DNA of 64,000 nucleotides from the human T2T-CHM13v2.0 reference genome, Homo sapiens: NCBI RefSeq assembly GCF_009914755.1, contig NC_060936.1; one strand, given 5' to 3'. A program made the translations under genes and the position numbers. The stretch's first letter is position 1. Every line of letters begins with the position of its first letter. This document shows, one piece after another, positions 18,400 to 31,079 of this stretch. The notes beneath the pieces were generated by a model. It ran no database searches and was not told the origin of the DNA. It saw only the letters and a list, made by a program, of their open reading frames with translations.

Positions 18400-19410
18400 T
18401 TAAAAATATTTATTGTATATCAGTTGTGTGACAGGTGCCCTGCAAATAAATGGGATTTTAGTCATTTATAAGACAAAGTTTCTGCCTTTAGGGGAACTAA
18501 TGGGAAAGAGAGGAGGAAAGAAAGTAAGGGATTAGTCAGAGTATGAATTTATTAAAATTCTGATGTGGGCATGACAGTGGAGACAGGGTACCATAAAAAT
18601 GGAAAGAATGAAAAAAAATGGAAAGAATATTTCTTCAATGGAGAGTCAGGCATGGTTTCCTAATAAAGTGACATGTTTGCTGGGTCTGGAGGGTGGAGAT
18701 ATTTATCCACTTTAGAAGCTAGGGAAAGAGTGTTTGAGGCAAAACAACAAAAAACAACAATAGCAACAAAAAGGACTTGAGTAAAACAACAATAACAACA
18801 AAAAGAGCACTAGTAAAGACCCCAAGTCAGGAAGCTGCTTGGCACAGTGGATGATTGTGAAGTGGGACAAACTGGCAGGGGTTTGGTGATAAGAAAAATG
18901 GCTTGGGATGAAGACGGAGAGGTGAGAAAAGCCATTTCATGTAAGACTTCGTATGCCAAGGTAATAATATGGGATTTCATGTTAAAAACAAGGAAAGCTA
19001 TAGAACAGTTTTAATCGAAGGAGAAACACAATATGCTTCTATTCAAAATGATCCCTCTGGCTACAGCACTCATCATGAATGAAGATAGCAGAAGGAGACA
19101 TGAGGAGGTGGGGACCATATTGAGGAATATCCACAGATTTGTCGATAGAGATGGTCAGGATGGTAGGAGCCACTGAAAGGTTGGTGATGCCATGATTCCA
19201 TTTACTAGGACTGGTGTAGGCTGAGAGAAAGCTGTTATAGTGGGAGGACTGAGTTCAATTTTGGAAGCATTGTATTTGAGAGGTTTTTGGGTCATAAACA
19301 TGGAGGTTCCAGTGAGAAGTTTACGAGTGTAGTCAAGGCCTGATAGTTTGTTGTGGGCTGGAGCTTTATCTGTGGAAGCTTTGTAGACAGCAACCATAGG
19401 CATGGGAGAA
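18400..19410 (-). mobile_element. L2 fragment(s)
   Basis: aaatatttattgtatatcagttgtgtgacagg L2 terminus, then purine-rich antisense L2 body (atgatccctctggctacag, gagttcaattttggaagcattgtatttgag). Confidence 0.7.
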
Positions 19411-19719
19411 AAGTAAACAGGAAAAAGGGAAAAGGTTGCTTCTTATTTCAGCTCTTAAGAGGAACAATTTTTTTTTTTAATTGCATGAATCATTGACCCC
19501 TTTTTGTATCATTTAGAATATTACCAAGTCAAGGGTATAAATATTTTAATGTTGAAATGAAACGTAAGTGAAAAACAGGCAGACAGATTTAAGGAAGCGT
19601 ATTCCAGGGAGACAGAATAACATGGGCAATGGCCAAGAGGCATGGAGCTGCACATTGTTCAGTAGAGTTTAGAAGTGTGATATGACAGGGCCCAGGTTCT
19701 AAAAATTCTGTTCTAAAAA

Positions 19720-19870
19720 TTTTACACTTATTAAATCAACGAGTCTGTGAGGTAATTACTATCATTACCTCATTTTATGTATGAGACAACTTAGGCACTA
19801 AGAAGATAAGTAACTTTTCCCAGTTATACTGTTAGGAAATTGTGCTAGAATTCAAGCCCAGGCAGTCTGT
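19720..19870 (-). mobile_element. MIR
   Basis: ctgtgaggtaattactatcattacctcattttatgtatgagacaacttaggcact...aattcaagcccaggcagtctg. Confidence 0.8.
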
Positions 19871-19959
19871 ATTACATAATGGACAACTGCTATTGCCAAG
19901 TACTCTTCTAATTACTCTCATTTAGGGGTGGCTATTTCGCTTTTCATCCTAATGAAGTC

Positions 19960-20336
19960 TGCCAATATTATCCATCCCCACTGGCTATAGGAGTGGGAAA
20001 AACACCCAAATTGGCCTCATCAGTATTTTTTTTTTAGATGTTTTAAAATTGGAAGTAAAGAACAAAATATTTCTGCTCCTCTGATAGCAAAGCTAGTGAA
20101 ATGTGTACTCCAAACTGCAAATGGCTACGATTCCATCCTAGTAGACATAGCCATGGTGAGTTTATAAAAAGATGAGATCCAGTGAGCCTCCTGGTGGTAC
20201 TTAAATCCCCAGCTCACTCCAGTCCTGTTAGGGCAAGACTTCCTTTTCAGCAATTTGGTCATGTGAATCACAAAATGCCTAAGCTTGTCTGAGTTGGTTA
20301 CGATGATTTGTGGTCAAAAGTGTTTTGAGTAATATA
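19960..20336 (+). mobile_element. Old ERVL/MaLR LTR remnant (LTR33/MLT1J-like)
   Basis: 3' end gcctaagcttgtctgagttggtt...aaaagtgttttgagtaatata resembles the ERVL-MaLR LTR terminus. Confidence 0.45.
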
Positions 20337-20369
20337 TTGCTGATTTATTACAGTTAAAACAGCAAATGG

Positions 20370-21430
20370 CATGGGTAGACTTGTGTTTAAGAAAGGTCAC
20401 ACTTGCAAGAGTGTGAAAAGTGCAAAACTAGAGACAGAAAGAATAATTGGACTATTTCTGTAACTCCAGTGAATACTGAAGAAGTGGGCTAAAGCATCAG
20501 CACTGAGGAAGCTTTAGTTTACTTCTTCAATATTTAGTCCACTTCTTCATTTTCTACACTGAGGAAATGGACAAAATGATATAAAACACATCAATAGGGT
20601 AATACCGATTGAATTTTGTTATTGGATGGAAAGGGTAAGAGTGAGGGAGGAAATGCACAGGTTTATGGCTGGAGAAGTACAGTAGACAGAGTATCATTTA
20701 GGCAGTAATAGTTTGAGGGTGGTAGAGGAAATGATGAATCCAATTTTGTAAGTGATGTCCAGAACACACTTACATATAGTTGACCCTGGAATAGCATGGG
20801 TTTGAACTACACGGGTCCACTTATACCTAGATCTTTTTCAACAAAAGTTATACCAAGTGTACCTGCCTCTTCTCCTGGCTCCCCTTCTACCCGCTTCACT
20901 TCTTCTGCCTCTGCTACCCCTGAGACAGCAAGACCAATCCCTACTCATCCTCCTCCTCAGCCTACTCAGCATGAAGACAATGGGGATGAAGACCTTTATG
21001 ATAGTCTGCTTCCACTTAACCAATAGTAAATATATTTTTCTATTTCTTCTGACTTTCTTGATATTTTATTTGTATTGTAAGAATATAGTATATAATACAT
21101 GTAACATGCAAAATATATGTTAATTGGCTATGTTATCAGTAAGGCTTCCAGTCAACAGTAGATTATTAGTTGATAAGTTCTGGGGGAAGTGAAAAGTTAT
21201 ATGTGGATTTTTGACTGTGTAGGGGGTTGGCACCCCAATCCCTGTGTTGTTCAAGGATCAAGTGTATATTGATGTGAAGAGAGACCTAGGCTTGGTATAT
21301 ATAGGTTTGGCAATCATCAGTGTGTTGGTCTTAGAATGTGGACTGTCATTACTGATCCTTCCTAAAGTAGTTTTAATGGCAAGGAAGGCATAGAAGCCTG
21401 ATTTCATACTTGAAGAGTGAAGGGAAATCT
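20370..21430 (-). mobile_element. L2 body fragment interrupted by Tigger2a
   Basis: tgtttaagaaaggtcacacttgc, gatgaatccaattttg, and resumption after the Tigger (gagagacctaggcttggtatatataggtttggcaatcatcag). Confidence 0.55.
20777..21264 (+). mobile_element. Tigger2a (MER28)-like non-autonomous TcMar DNA transposon
   Basis: Terminal inverted repeats tagttgaccctggaatagca / tgttgttcaaggatcaagtg, TA on both sides (20775-76, 21265-66), internal cctcctcagcctactcagcatgaagac motif. Confidence 0.88.
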
Positions 21431-21439
21431 ACTTAGACA

Positions 21440-23850
21440 TAGAAGACTGAGTTCATATATGTGTGTTTACTTCCTCTCAAACCCCACTAAAATATTAGCG
21501 AAGAATTAAAACCTACAAGAAAAAGGCATGGGAAAAGGAGGAAAAAAGTAAGGTCTATGACATTTGGAAAGTGAAATGTAAGATAAACATGGTGATCAGA
21601 GCATAGGAAGCTTATAACTAACTGAAGAAGAAAGGTCCTGCAAGAAATAAACAACGTTTTACCTCTGGGCCCTGGAATTGGAGGCAACAAAAATCACTGA
21701 AACAAGGAAGAAGAGAGAAGGCTGAAATTCTGCAGCAGCAATTCATCTTTCAGATTTCCTCCACAGCCAAATGACAACTCCTCCTAAATCCTGATATAAG
21801 GCAGGAGACTTACCTATTGGTAAAATTAAATCAGAAATATTCTAGACTTCAGGATATCAGACACAATAGAGGGCCTGAAAACAAGATAATTGATGAAAAA
21901 TCTAGATACCAAGTAGAGAAGCCATCAACTCCTTCTTTACCCAGGATGCTATATCCAAGATTTAGCTCTCTAGGCAGGAGCATAATAGATTCCTATTTCA
22001 AGGAAGAGGTGTGTATATGGGAATGAGGGATATAGAATTAATTTCTAGATATTGACATTTGAAGCTTGTTGAAAACATTCAGGCTCTACCCAATTATTCT
22101 AAGACCTGTGAACAAGTAAACTCTACTTAGTAACACAAACCTCACTCTCTACTTTTTAAGCCTCACTTTAACATATAGATTGCTAAGTATCCCAGGGAAT
22201 TTGAGAAATTCCTTTAATGTAAGACAAAGGAAAATGGGAAAATCAGGAATAATAACTCAGAAGAAATTGAAACATTCACAATACAGTTAGCAAAAGAAAA
22301 ACTTTTTAAAAAGCAATAACTGATATGCTCAGAGGAAAAATAAAAGACACAGGAAAGATGAATAGGATGAAATTTAAAAAGACATTTAGTGAACAAAAAG
22401 ATTTTTAGAAATGAAAACACGTGATTCCGGAAACTAAAAAAAACAATAATGTAAGGATTGGAAATTAAAAGTGAGAAAAAGTTAGAAACAGCTAAAAAGA
22501 AAACAAAGGAGAATCATAATAGGTAAGAAAATTGAGGAAAGTAAACCAAGTAGTCTAGTATTCTAATTTATATATCCAATAAATGTTTATTGAGCATTGT
22601 TATGTGTCTTGCATTGTTCTAGGTGCTGAGGATATCAGAGCAGAATAAAATAAAATCCTATGATCAGGAGTTCCAATAATACAGAATTGAGCAAATGGAA
22701 GTGAAATAATTAGGAGTGAAATAATGCCAAAAGATAAAACAAGACTCTCTGAATTACTAAGTTTCCAGATTAAAAGTGCCCATTGAATGGGATGGCATAG
22801 TGCTTTTTTCTTTTTTTTTTTTTTAAAGAAGACAAAAAGGCACATAATCATGACATTTTTAAATACTTGGGATAAAGAGAAAATCTTAACAGCTTTCACA
22901 AGTAAAGGGCACATTTGAAGCTGAATATTCTTAATAGAAGTACTAGAAGCTAGAATAAAAACAGAATAATGCCTCAAATACTCAAAAGGAAAATGATTGC
23001 CAACCTAGAATTTGTATTCAGCTAATTTCTGAATGACATAAGGATTAAAAAACAAAGATAAATAAAAGTATTTCAAAAAACACACGGTTTCAAAATTCTT
23101 CCACTCATACAACTTGTGGTTCATCAAACTAAGGGAATAAATCAAGAATGAAGATAGCATGAGATTCAGAAATTGGAGGATTCAGTGCAGAAGAGAGGCA
23201 AAGGTAATCCCAGAACAATGAAGTTGAAGAAAGGGATAACACCTGAATACCAGTCCCATACAGCAGCCAGTCCTGAGTTTTGGAGGAGAAGGGAGGATTC
23301 CAGGGGAAGGTCTTTCAGAGAAAAAAGATAAGTTGCAATAATGGATTATCCTATATGTTCTATTGTAGAGAGTTATAGAAGAATTAATGACAAGAACACA
23401 GAAAATTGTGCAGTTTTCTTGAAGAGGTGCTCAATTATACAAAAAGAAAAAGTTGCTCACTAATGTAAATGATTTTATGATACGATATATAACCCAGCAG
23501 GAAACATATTTACCTAGTTAGTATAACATAAACACTGAATGTTAATTACTATCCAAATTGTGATTGGCAAATTCTAGCCAGGGTATAAAAACTAAGACTA
23601 AGAGAGAGAGGAATCTTCATTTTCCATATACGAATTCAAGAGATTGTTGAGCTTTTAATGGGAAACAGCATGGATATCATTTATCAACTTGAGAAAAATT
23701 CAAGAAGACGGAGCTAAAAGAGTTAAAATGGTGGCCTTTCAGGAATGAAACCTGATGGTGACACAGAGTAGTGCTGTTCTTATTAAAAATCTTTCCAAAA
23801 GTATTCAACTTTTAAAATGTTTATGTGTAGAATTTTCAATATAAAATTAT
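21440..23850 (+). mobile_element. HAL1 (half-L1, ORF1-only) element, near full length
   Basis: ORF1-like remnants (gtttccagattaaaagtgcc, gataaagagaaaatcttaacagcttt, aaatgattgccaacctagaatttgtattcagc) followed by HAL1-type 3' sequence (gaagagaggcaaaggtaatcccag, cagcagccagtcc) with no ORF2. Confidence 0.6.
22570..22660 (-). mobile_element. L2 3' terminus nested inside HAL1
   Basis: caataaatgtttattgagcattgttatgtgtcttgcattgttctaggtgctgaggatatcag. Confidence 0.75.
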
Positions 23851-24579
23851 ATTTTAATTAAAAAAATAGTGGTTAGGTGCTGAAGAAGCGGAGATTGCAA
23901 ATGTAGCACAATTGCAGCAAGACTTAAGTTACCAGGGGCAGAGGAAAGACAATTGAGGAACTGTTACTACATTTAGCATTGAGGGGAAGGACAGTTTTCA
24001 TATGGGAGGAGCTCGAATAGGTTTATAGGCTACAGAGAACGAGTCGGTAGAAAGGAAGAGTTTGAAAATAAGGCAAAAACAAAACAAAACAAAAAAACTT
24101 ACAAGATAAAACATGTATTTGGAATCACTGGAAAAGACTGAGGTTGCTGCTAATTTATGTTCTTTTTCTTCATCAAGGATTCCTAGTGCCTTTTCCTCCT
24201 CAAATTTAATGGCCTACTCAGCAGCCCATGTGCAGAAGTTATGAAGTGGGGCTGTTTATCTGTTGGTGAAGAGTTTTCAGAGAAGATCATGGTGTTGGGT
24301 TGCTGATATGGAATGAATAAGAACAGATGAGGAGGGACTTAAGAAGGGAGGTAGACATTACTGAACGTAGAAGAATTTGATACACACAGGGAAAATTCCT
24401 ATACAGAGGGAGATTTGAAGAGGGCTCTTCTCACTGCTTTATGAGGTGCTTCCGTGGGTGGGTGATTCCAAGCTATAGGACATCAGCAGTGCGTGTGAGC
24501 TGCTTAATTTTTTTGTGAAACACTCCCAAAAACAGATAGAATTAAGTACTTCCTATAGACATTTATTACTTATAGTTCT

Positions 24580-24815
24580 GGTAATCATTGCTAACGTTTA
24601 CGGAGAGGTTATTGCTGACCCTAATTTAATTGTGAAATATGGATTGTCTCACCTGAGACTCACTACAACCCTGCGTGGCACAAATTGTTTTCATTCCCAT
24701 TTTGCAAATGGTAACAATGAGGCACATATAGTTTAACTGGCAAAGGTCGCTGAGCAAGTGAGCAGTGAAGCTGATATTTGCACCTAAGTAACCTGACTAC
24801 TAAGCCTATGTAGAT
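24580..24815 (-). mobile_element. MIR
   Basis: cactacaaccctgcgtgg...attcccattttgcaaatggtaacaatgaggcac...gaagctgatatttgcacctaag. Confidence 0.75.
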
Positions 24816-24849
24816 TAGTCATTATCCTATATCTGCAGTAACTACACTG

Positions 24850-26220
24850 TAGATGATGGAATAGCTAATGCACATGGCATTTGTTGAAAAAGCAGAGGAA
24901 TTGAGAGTAGCTAAGTAAGGCTGGAGCATAGATGTATGATGCACATTTAAAGAGTACATGTGGGGAATTGGTGGAGGAAGAGTGTGAAGACATAAGAGAA
25001 ACTGGTTCATGAAGAGCCTTGTCATAGTGAAGACCTTTGGGCTTTAGCCTGACAGCTAGAAGAAGACATTGAAGGATTTTAACTGGGAAAATAATATGAT
25101 TGATTTTTTTTCCAGAAAGCACCTTCTTGCAATATTATGGAAAATTAATTGGAAATATCAGAGGAGGGGATATAGCAATGAGAACATTTATGAGACTGGC
25201 ATTGGTTGAGGCAAAGTGTGCTAGTAGGCACAGAGAGGAGGGAACAAATATGAGAGGCATTAAGGAGGTACGTTTAATAAGATTTAGTGAAAGATTGGAA
25301 TAGGGCATGACGAGTATTTGTGGCTTGGATAATTAGATGAAAAACCATTTATCAATAAGAGAAAAACAGGAAGAAGAGCATTTGGGAGATAAGAAAAATA
25401 TGAATATACTTTGAGATAGATATTATTTGTGTGATCTGGAGAAATAAAAATGTGCACTAGGTACTTGGTTCAAAGCCAGAGAAAGAGAGAGAGAGAATAT
25501 GTGTGACCTTTATTGATCTGGCTTTGGGTTTCACCATATAAATCACCTGTATAAATTGGAAATGGTTGCAACCATCTCAGAGAGATACAGCAGAGTTCCA
25601 GAACATCATCTGTGATCACTTGACAAATGTAAGCTAAATGTTGAAGCAGAATGTGGTTATGATTTCGGGGAAAAAGTTACACTTAAATGGTGGCTAGAAA
25701 CAAAGACCACAGAGAAGACTGAAGAGGGGCCAGATTTCTGAGGGAAACCAACAAAGCATGGCTTCATGAAAGCAAAGGATACTGTGAGTAGTTTCAAGGA
25801 GAAAGTGATCAAATTTCACTAATAGGCCACTCAACTGTTTGATAATTAGCAAGCCCTAATTGACTTGGTTTAGATTTTTTTTTTTTTTTTTTTGCAAGAG
25901 GTTGATTTAAGAGCTTGTTTTCAGTTTTCTAAATAAATGAGAGGTGAGGGAGTAAACTCAATTGGTGGAGAAACTAGATATTTAAGATGTTAGGAGACAA
26001 AGCAAGGAAAGGTAAGTCAAGATTTTTGTTTGTTTGTTTGTTTCAGGATCAGAGAGACTTAAGGGAAAGAATTAGAAAAGAGAGACAAAAAGAGAAGACC
26101 CTGAATAAAAAAGAAATAATGGAGGAACATTTCAATGGGATAGCATCCAGAGTACAGACTGAGCCGTTTGAAGTGAGAATATCATTGTTCACTTATGCTA
26201 TGAGGATAAAAGTATAGGTT
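24850..26220 (-). mobile_element. L2 body fragments
   Basis: gacattgaaggattttaactgggaaaataatatgat; gagaggcattaaggaggta; aagcatggcttcatgaaagcaaagg. Confidence 0.6.
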
Positions 26221-28338
26221 GGTGCCGAAAATCTAGCAATCCATCAACTTTGTGGACTCTGCTTTTGTTACATTCTATTTTCGATGAACCAGTCATTTCT
26301 TTTTTTTCTTCTCCAATGCTTGTTGTATTCATGGTCTTTTTCATTTGCACACTTTTAAATCTTTATGACAACTGTGAAGCTGAAATCACAGACCTTGCCT
26401 GTTTGTCTTTCTAATTTCCAGGTTCTGTGTGTATGTTAGCCACATGAAAATCTTTGAAGAAAATTTTGCAGATAGCTCAAACTATACATGATTAATACCC
26501 GGTCTAGAATGAAACTAAATTTTGAAGCATTGGCTGATGACCCTTATAGAAGTTAGACAAATCACAACAACTAACTTTGAGGTTTTAAAGATGCGTATTT
26601 TGTTGTAATTTTACAGCCTGAGCAGATGATCTACAACCTGGCCTCAAAATCTGCATGCAATAAATTGCAAAATGTGCCTCATTTATTTATTTATTTTTTT
26701 AAACCTCCAAATGTGGAAGGGATGAGTCAGCCTATCTGAGATTTTAAACTGCCAGTTCCAGGGACACTGCACAACCCCAAGCCATTGCTTCCAGCAAATT
26801 ACTATTAAAAATATTTTCTGCTAGGCAGGACTGCCTAATGTGTTAACCTTGACCAGTTTCTTTTAAGTGAAAGTAAATACTAGAACGCAAAAACAACAGA
26901 ATTACTACTGAAGGGCAGGAGCAAGGTTATTTCCTTCATTTGCTTTTGAAAATCTGTTTGTTTTAATAGCCTTGATGTTTTACAAGAAGAGTCAGATATA
27001 ATTCATTTCACCAAGGACAAGATGAAGTTGAATCAATTTTCTCTCTAAAAAAAGCTAATAATATGCAAATTGATATATAAATGTCAGTGAATATACTGTG
27101 TATAGGCTCTTACATAGTATTGTGTTTGTACAGATATCAAGGCCATGATATTGCTCACATAATTGTAAGTATTTATGTACAGTAGAATGAAGAGGATATT
27201 TAAAACTATAGGAAAGCATGAAAATCTTGACAGGATATTTTAAAGTCTTCTAAGATACATATTGAAAATGAGTCCACTGATCATTTATTTATATATCATT
27301 TCAGTAATGAGAGTACTAGAAAATATTTGCCTCTGAGTATAAACATTTGGTTTAATAATTCTTAATTAGAATTTGAATTGCAATACAAATGGCTATGTGT
27401 AAAGAATATCATTAATGAATTAGTTAACATAAAGAGGAATGTAGGTCACTGCTCACACTAGGAGCTCAGAAATGGTTAGCTAGATTTGAACAACTTAAAG
27501 ATAAGAAGAAAAAGGTTTTAAGCCCTCCTATAAACAAAAGTTACTCCCTGACAGGAGCACATTCTTCCTTTTAGTTTGATTAAAAGATCTTCCTAGGCTT
27601 TGGGGTAGTTGCTTTTCCTTCTTTAAATTTTTCAATATTCCTTCAATTTTCTGCATTATTAGATATTATTTTATCACTATGATCATAAAAAAATGATTTT
27701 GGAAAGACATATTGTAAAAATTTACTTCTTTACATGGGATTTTACTTTAAAATTGGATTTTGCAAGGAGCATAGAAATGCCCATTGCTTGAATCTATCTA
27801 TTGTTATATCTCCAAACACTTCCCTTAATAGAATGAATGGAATGCCACATGCAATACATAAATGCGCAACACACCATGAGCTTAAAAATAAAACATATAT
27901 TTAGAAAGAGTTACTAAAATTACAATAGAACATTTTTAATGCTACCATTCATGGGTTTAGTCTCCCTGCATCTTTCTGATGTCTGCATTTCCCCTCTGCT
28001 GTCTGAAAACAGGTTCTAAACTGCATTTATCAAACTTGTTAACATGTCAAATAACTTATATTGTCTTTCAGTGTATCTTTACTACACTTTGTAAAAACTT
28101 GTAAAAATATCTGTAATTGTTGACCACTGTTAGACACTTTGTGAGATATAGACAAGTAAACATATTTTAGGCCATATGCATTAGGAGTTATTTCTTTAAA
28201 AGCCAACCTTATTTGTTCTGTCTTATCAAATACTCAGTCAAGTTCTATTAAACCAATTTTATTCTAGCGAAGGTCAATGTATACACACACTTATATGGGC
28301 AATAGATACAAAAACCCTTTCCGGAGCCAGAAGCAAAC

Positions 28339-28790
28339 TGTTTCAGTTTTCTATTATTTCTTAACAAACACCTCAAGAGAGAATTTTCAAAACAGTATCA
28401 TTTTATTTGCTCATGATTCTGCAACTTTGGCTGGGCTCAGCTGAATGGTTCTTATGTCGGTCTTGCTGGTGGTAACTTATGTGGTTGTACCAGTTGAAAG
28501 ATTAACTAGGGGTCTGGGATCCACTGGCCCTTGAGACAGCATGGCTTCTCTCTTTGCCCTGCGATGTAATCCCAAAGCCTCTTCTTTCCATGTGGCCACT
28601 CCAAAGGGGATAGATATATTTCTTACATGGTAATTTAGGGCTCACAGGGGTGCAAAAATTTAGACTTGGCACTGGTTATGGTTAAAGTGAAGTGCAGATT
28701 CATGGGGAAAGAACTATACAAGGCCATGAATACTGGAAGCTGTGATTTCACTGGAGGATGCCAAAGAAATTAAGTTCAAGCTACAGTGTG
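28339..28790 (-). mobile_element. MaLR solo LTR (MLT1G/H-like)
   Basis: ttttatttgctcatgattctgc...ggctgggctcagctgaatggttctt; aactatacaaggccatgaatactggaag. Confidence 0.7.
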
Positions 28791-29345
28791 CATTCTCACT
28801 GCCCTTAGGGGGCACTATATGTCACCACAGGAATGTTGGTTATGCCCAACAAAGTGGATGAACCCATTGCATGAATTTAGATAAGTGAGTGAAATGGTCA
28901 GGTAGGACTCTTGGGCAGCACTGTGGAGAATGGATTTCAGAACAAGACGAGAGACAATGAGATCAATTCAACAGTAGTGCCGTAATTGAGATGAGAAATG
29001 ATTTGAGCCTAAATCTAGGTTACTATTTTCCCCCTAAACTTTCCTTTGGCCTCCTTCTAACTTGAAGAGGGTAAAGAAATAAGGATATAGGGGAAAAGAA
29101 AAATTTAGCACAATTCTGTGGCTAGTAACACTATTCACTCAGATGAGGGAGGCAGAGGGGAAACATTTAAAAAAAAAATCTATTAAAGTTGATGTTTCTG
29201 TTGGTGTTCAGGTAGAACTATGTAGGAGTCAGATGGTTATGTGGGTTTGGATCAAGAGAAGGATCTAGGATGCAGGTGAAGACTGAGGGGTCATTAGTCT
29301 TTGAGGCCTTTGGAAATGCTGCGTTCACCCAAAAAATGCATAGAA

Positions 29346-29583
29346 CAGTGTTTCTTAAAAAGGAGGGTGGCATGTATCAGGGTCCAGTAGGGAAAATTGC
29401 CAACTCTAAGTTCTAATACTCTCCCAGGCCCCCAACATTGCAAGGGTAGGGTAGGAAGCAAGCGTACTTGGAACAAGCTCCTAGGTGCTGCTTTACTTTT
29501 TTCTTCCAGGGGATATAGGCGTTGACACAATTTTAAAAGCTCCCCAGGAGATTCTGCTGTACACCGAGGATTAAGAGTCACTA
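29346..29583. mobile_element. hAT-Charlie MER5-family relic
   Basis: Starts cagtgtttctta; ends aagctccccaggagattctgctgtacaccgaggattaagagtcact. Confidence 0.55.
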
Positions 29584-30334
29584 AAGGAAAGTGAGGAGGG
29601 AGTAAGGGTGAGCATTTCATCCAGGGCAACAAAAGTCAAAAGAGCAAGACCAAACCTGATAATGTAATATTTAGATGGCAGCTACAACTATTTAAATAAA
29701 ACAAAACAAAAACCTGTCACAGATTAAAGGACAAATTTTGTATATGTAATTTCTGGTAAGGTCTCATGGCCATTCATTGGGCTTTTCAACAGTTGGTCTA
29801 CCTTCCACCATGTAAGAATTCAACAGCCACTGTTGTTCTAGACATATGTGTGTTTTCGGTATTTCGCATTTGTCTAGTGATGGAATATGATCATATCCTG
29901 GAGTGGTTCAAACATGCTTTTTTTGTGTTTCTTTAGTTTCCTTTTTGGTGACAAATTTACCATTTTTCAATCATGCAGCATTTACTGTTCTTGCTCCTTT
30001 CTCTTTTCCTCCCTTGACATCCCACCCCATCCTTCTGAATTTGCGCATCCTTCAAGAATATTTCCTGTCTTCAGGTCGTTTTCCTCCTCAGGTTTCTAGA
30101 TGTCTACTTTAACTTTAGCTTCTTTCTGTTTGTTTAATAGTGAATCACTTACTATATGCATCCTGTCCGGGTCTAATTGGATTCTGGATGGCAAGTTAAA
30201 TTTAAAAGGATAATGGCAGAATTCTTTCTTGGGTTTTTAAGATTGCTCCTAATAACCTTCCATCTTATCATCTCTTTTTACTTCACAAATTTAATCAATC
30301 AGTTAGTGGAGTGAAAATGCCAAATCCTATGGAT

Positions 30335-30485
30335 TTCTCCTTAACCTCTCTGTGCTTCAGTTCTTCATCTGTAAAATGGAGACAATTTCAGCATCTTCTT
30401 CACAGGGTTATAGGAGACACTAGATGTAAAGCACACAGAACAATAGCAGCCAGTTAGTGAGTGCTCAATAAATATTTGTTATTAT
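30335..30485 (+). mobile_element. MIR
   Basis: cttaacctctctgtgcttcagttcttcatctgtaaaatgg core; gtgctcaataaat tail. Confidence 0.85.
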
Positions 30486-30727
30486 CATGACTTCTTAAGT
30501 ATAACTCTGCTTCTTCCAAAGTTTAATTCATTTTTCTAAATAAATTGACCAGTGTATAATTAACAGAAGGAAGTGTTCAAGCACATACACACTCTCACAT
30601 ATACTCACATACACACACGTTGATTTGAATGATGATTACACAGGCATATGCATTTTGTGTACTCACAATTTATGCTTTCTATATGGAAATCATACTTCAA
30701 TAAGTTACTTGGGAAAAAATGTAATTA

Positions 30728-31046
30728 GAGGCAGAATAGGAGAGTGGTTAAGACTACAGGTTCTGGGCTGGGCGCGTGGCTCACGCCTGTAATGCCAGGA
30801 CTTTGGGAGGCCGAGGTAGGCGGATCACGAGGTCAGGAGATCGAGACCATCCTGGCTAACACGGTGAAACCCCGTCTCTACTAAAAAATACAAAAAAATT
30901 AGCCGGGCTTGGGGGCGGGCGCCTGTAGTCCCAGCTACTCAGGAGGCTCAGGCAGGAGAATGGCGTGAACCTGGGAGGCGGAGCTTGCAGTGAGCCGAGA
31001 TCGCGCTACTGCACTCCAGCATGGGCGACAGAGCGAGACTCCGTCT

Positions 31047-31079
<33 letters not shown>

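Noticed and set aside
20182-20200. Reverse CTCF-like motif ccaccaggaggctc
   Set aside because: Two mismatches in the informative right half; too weak without data.
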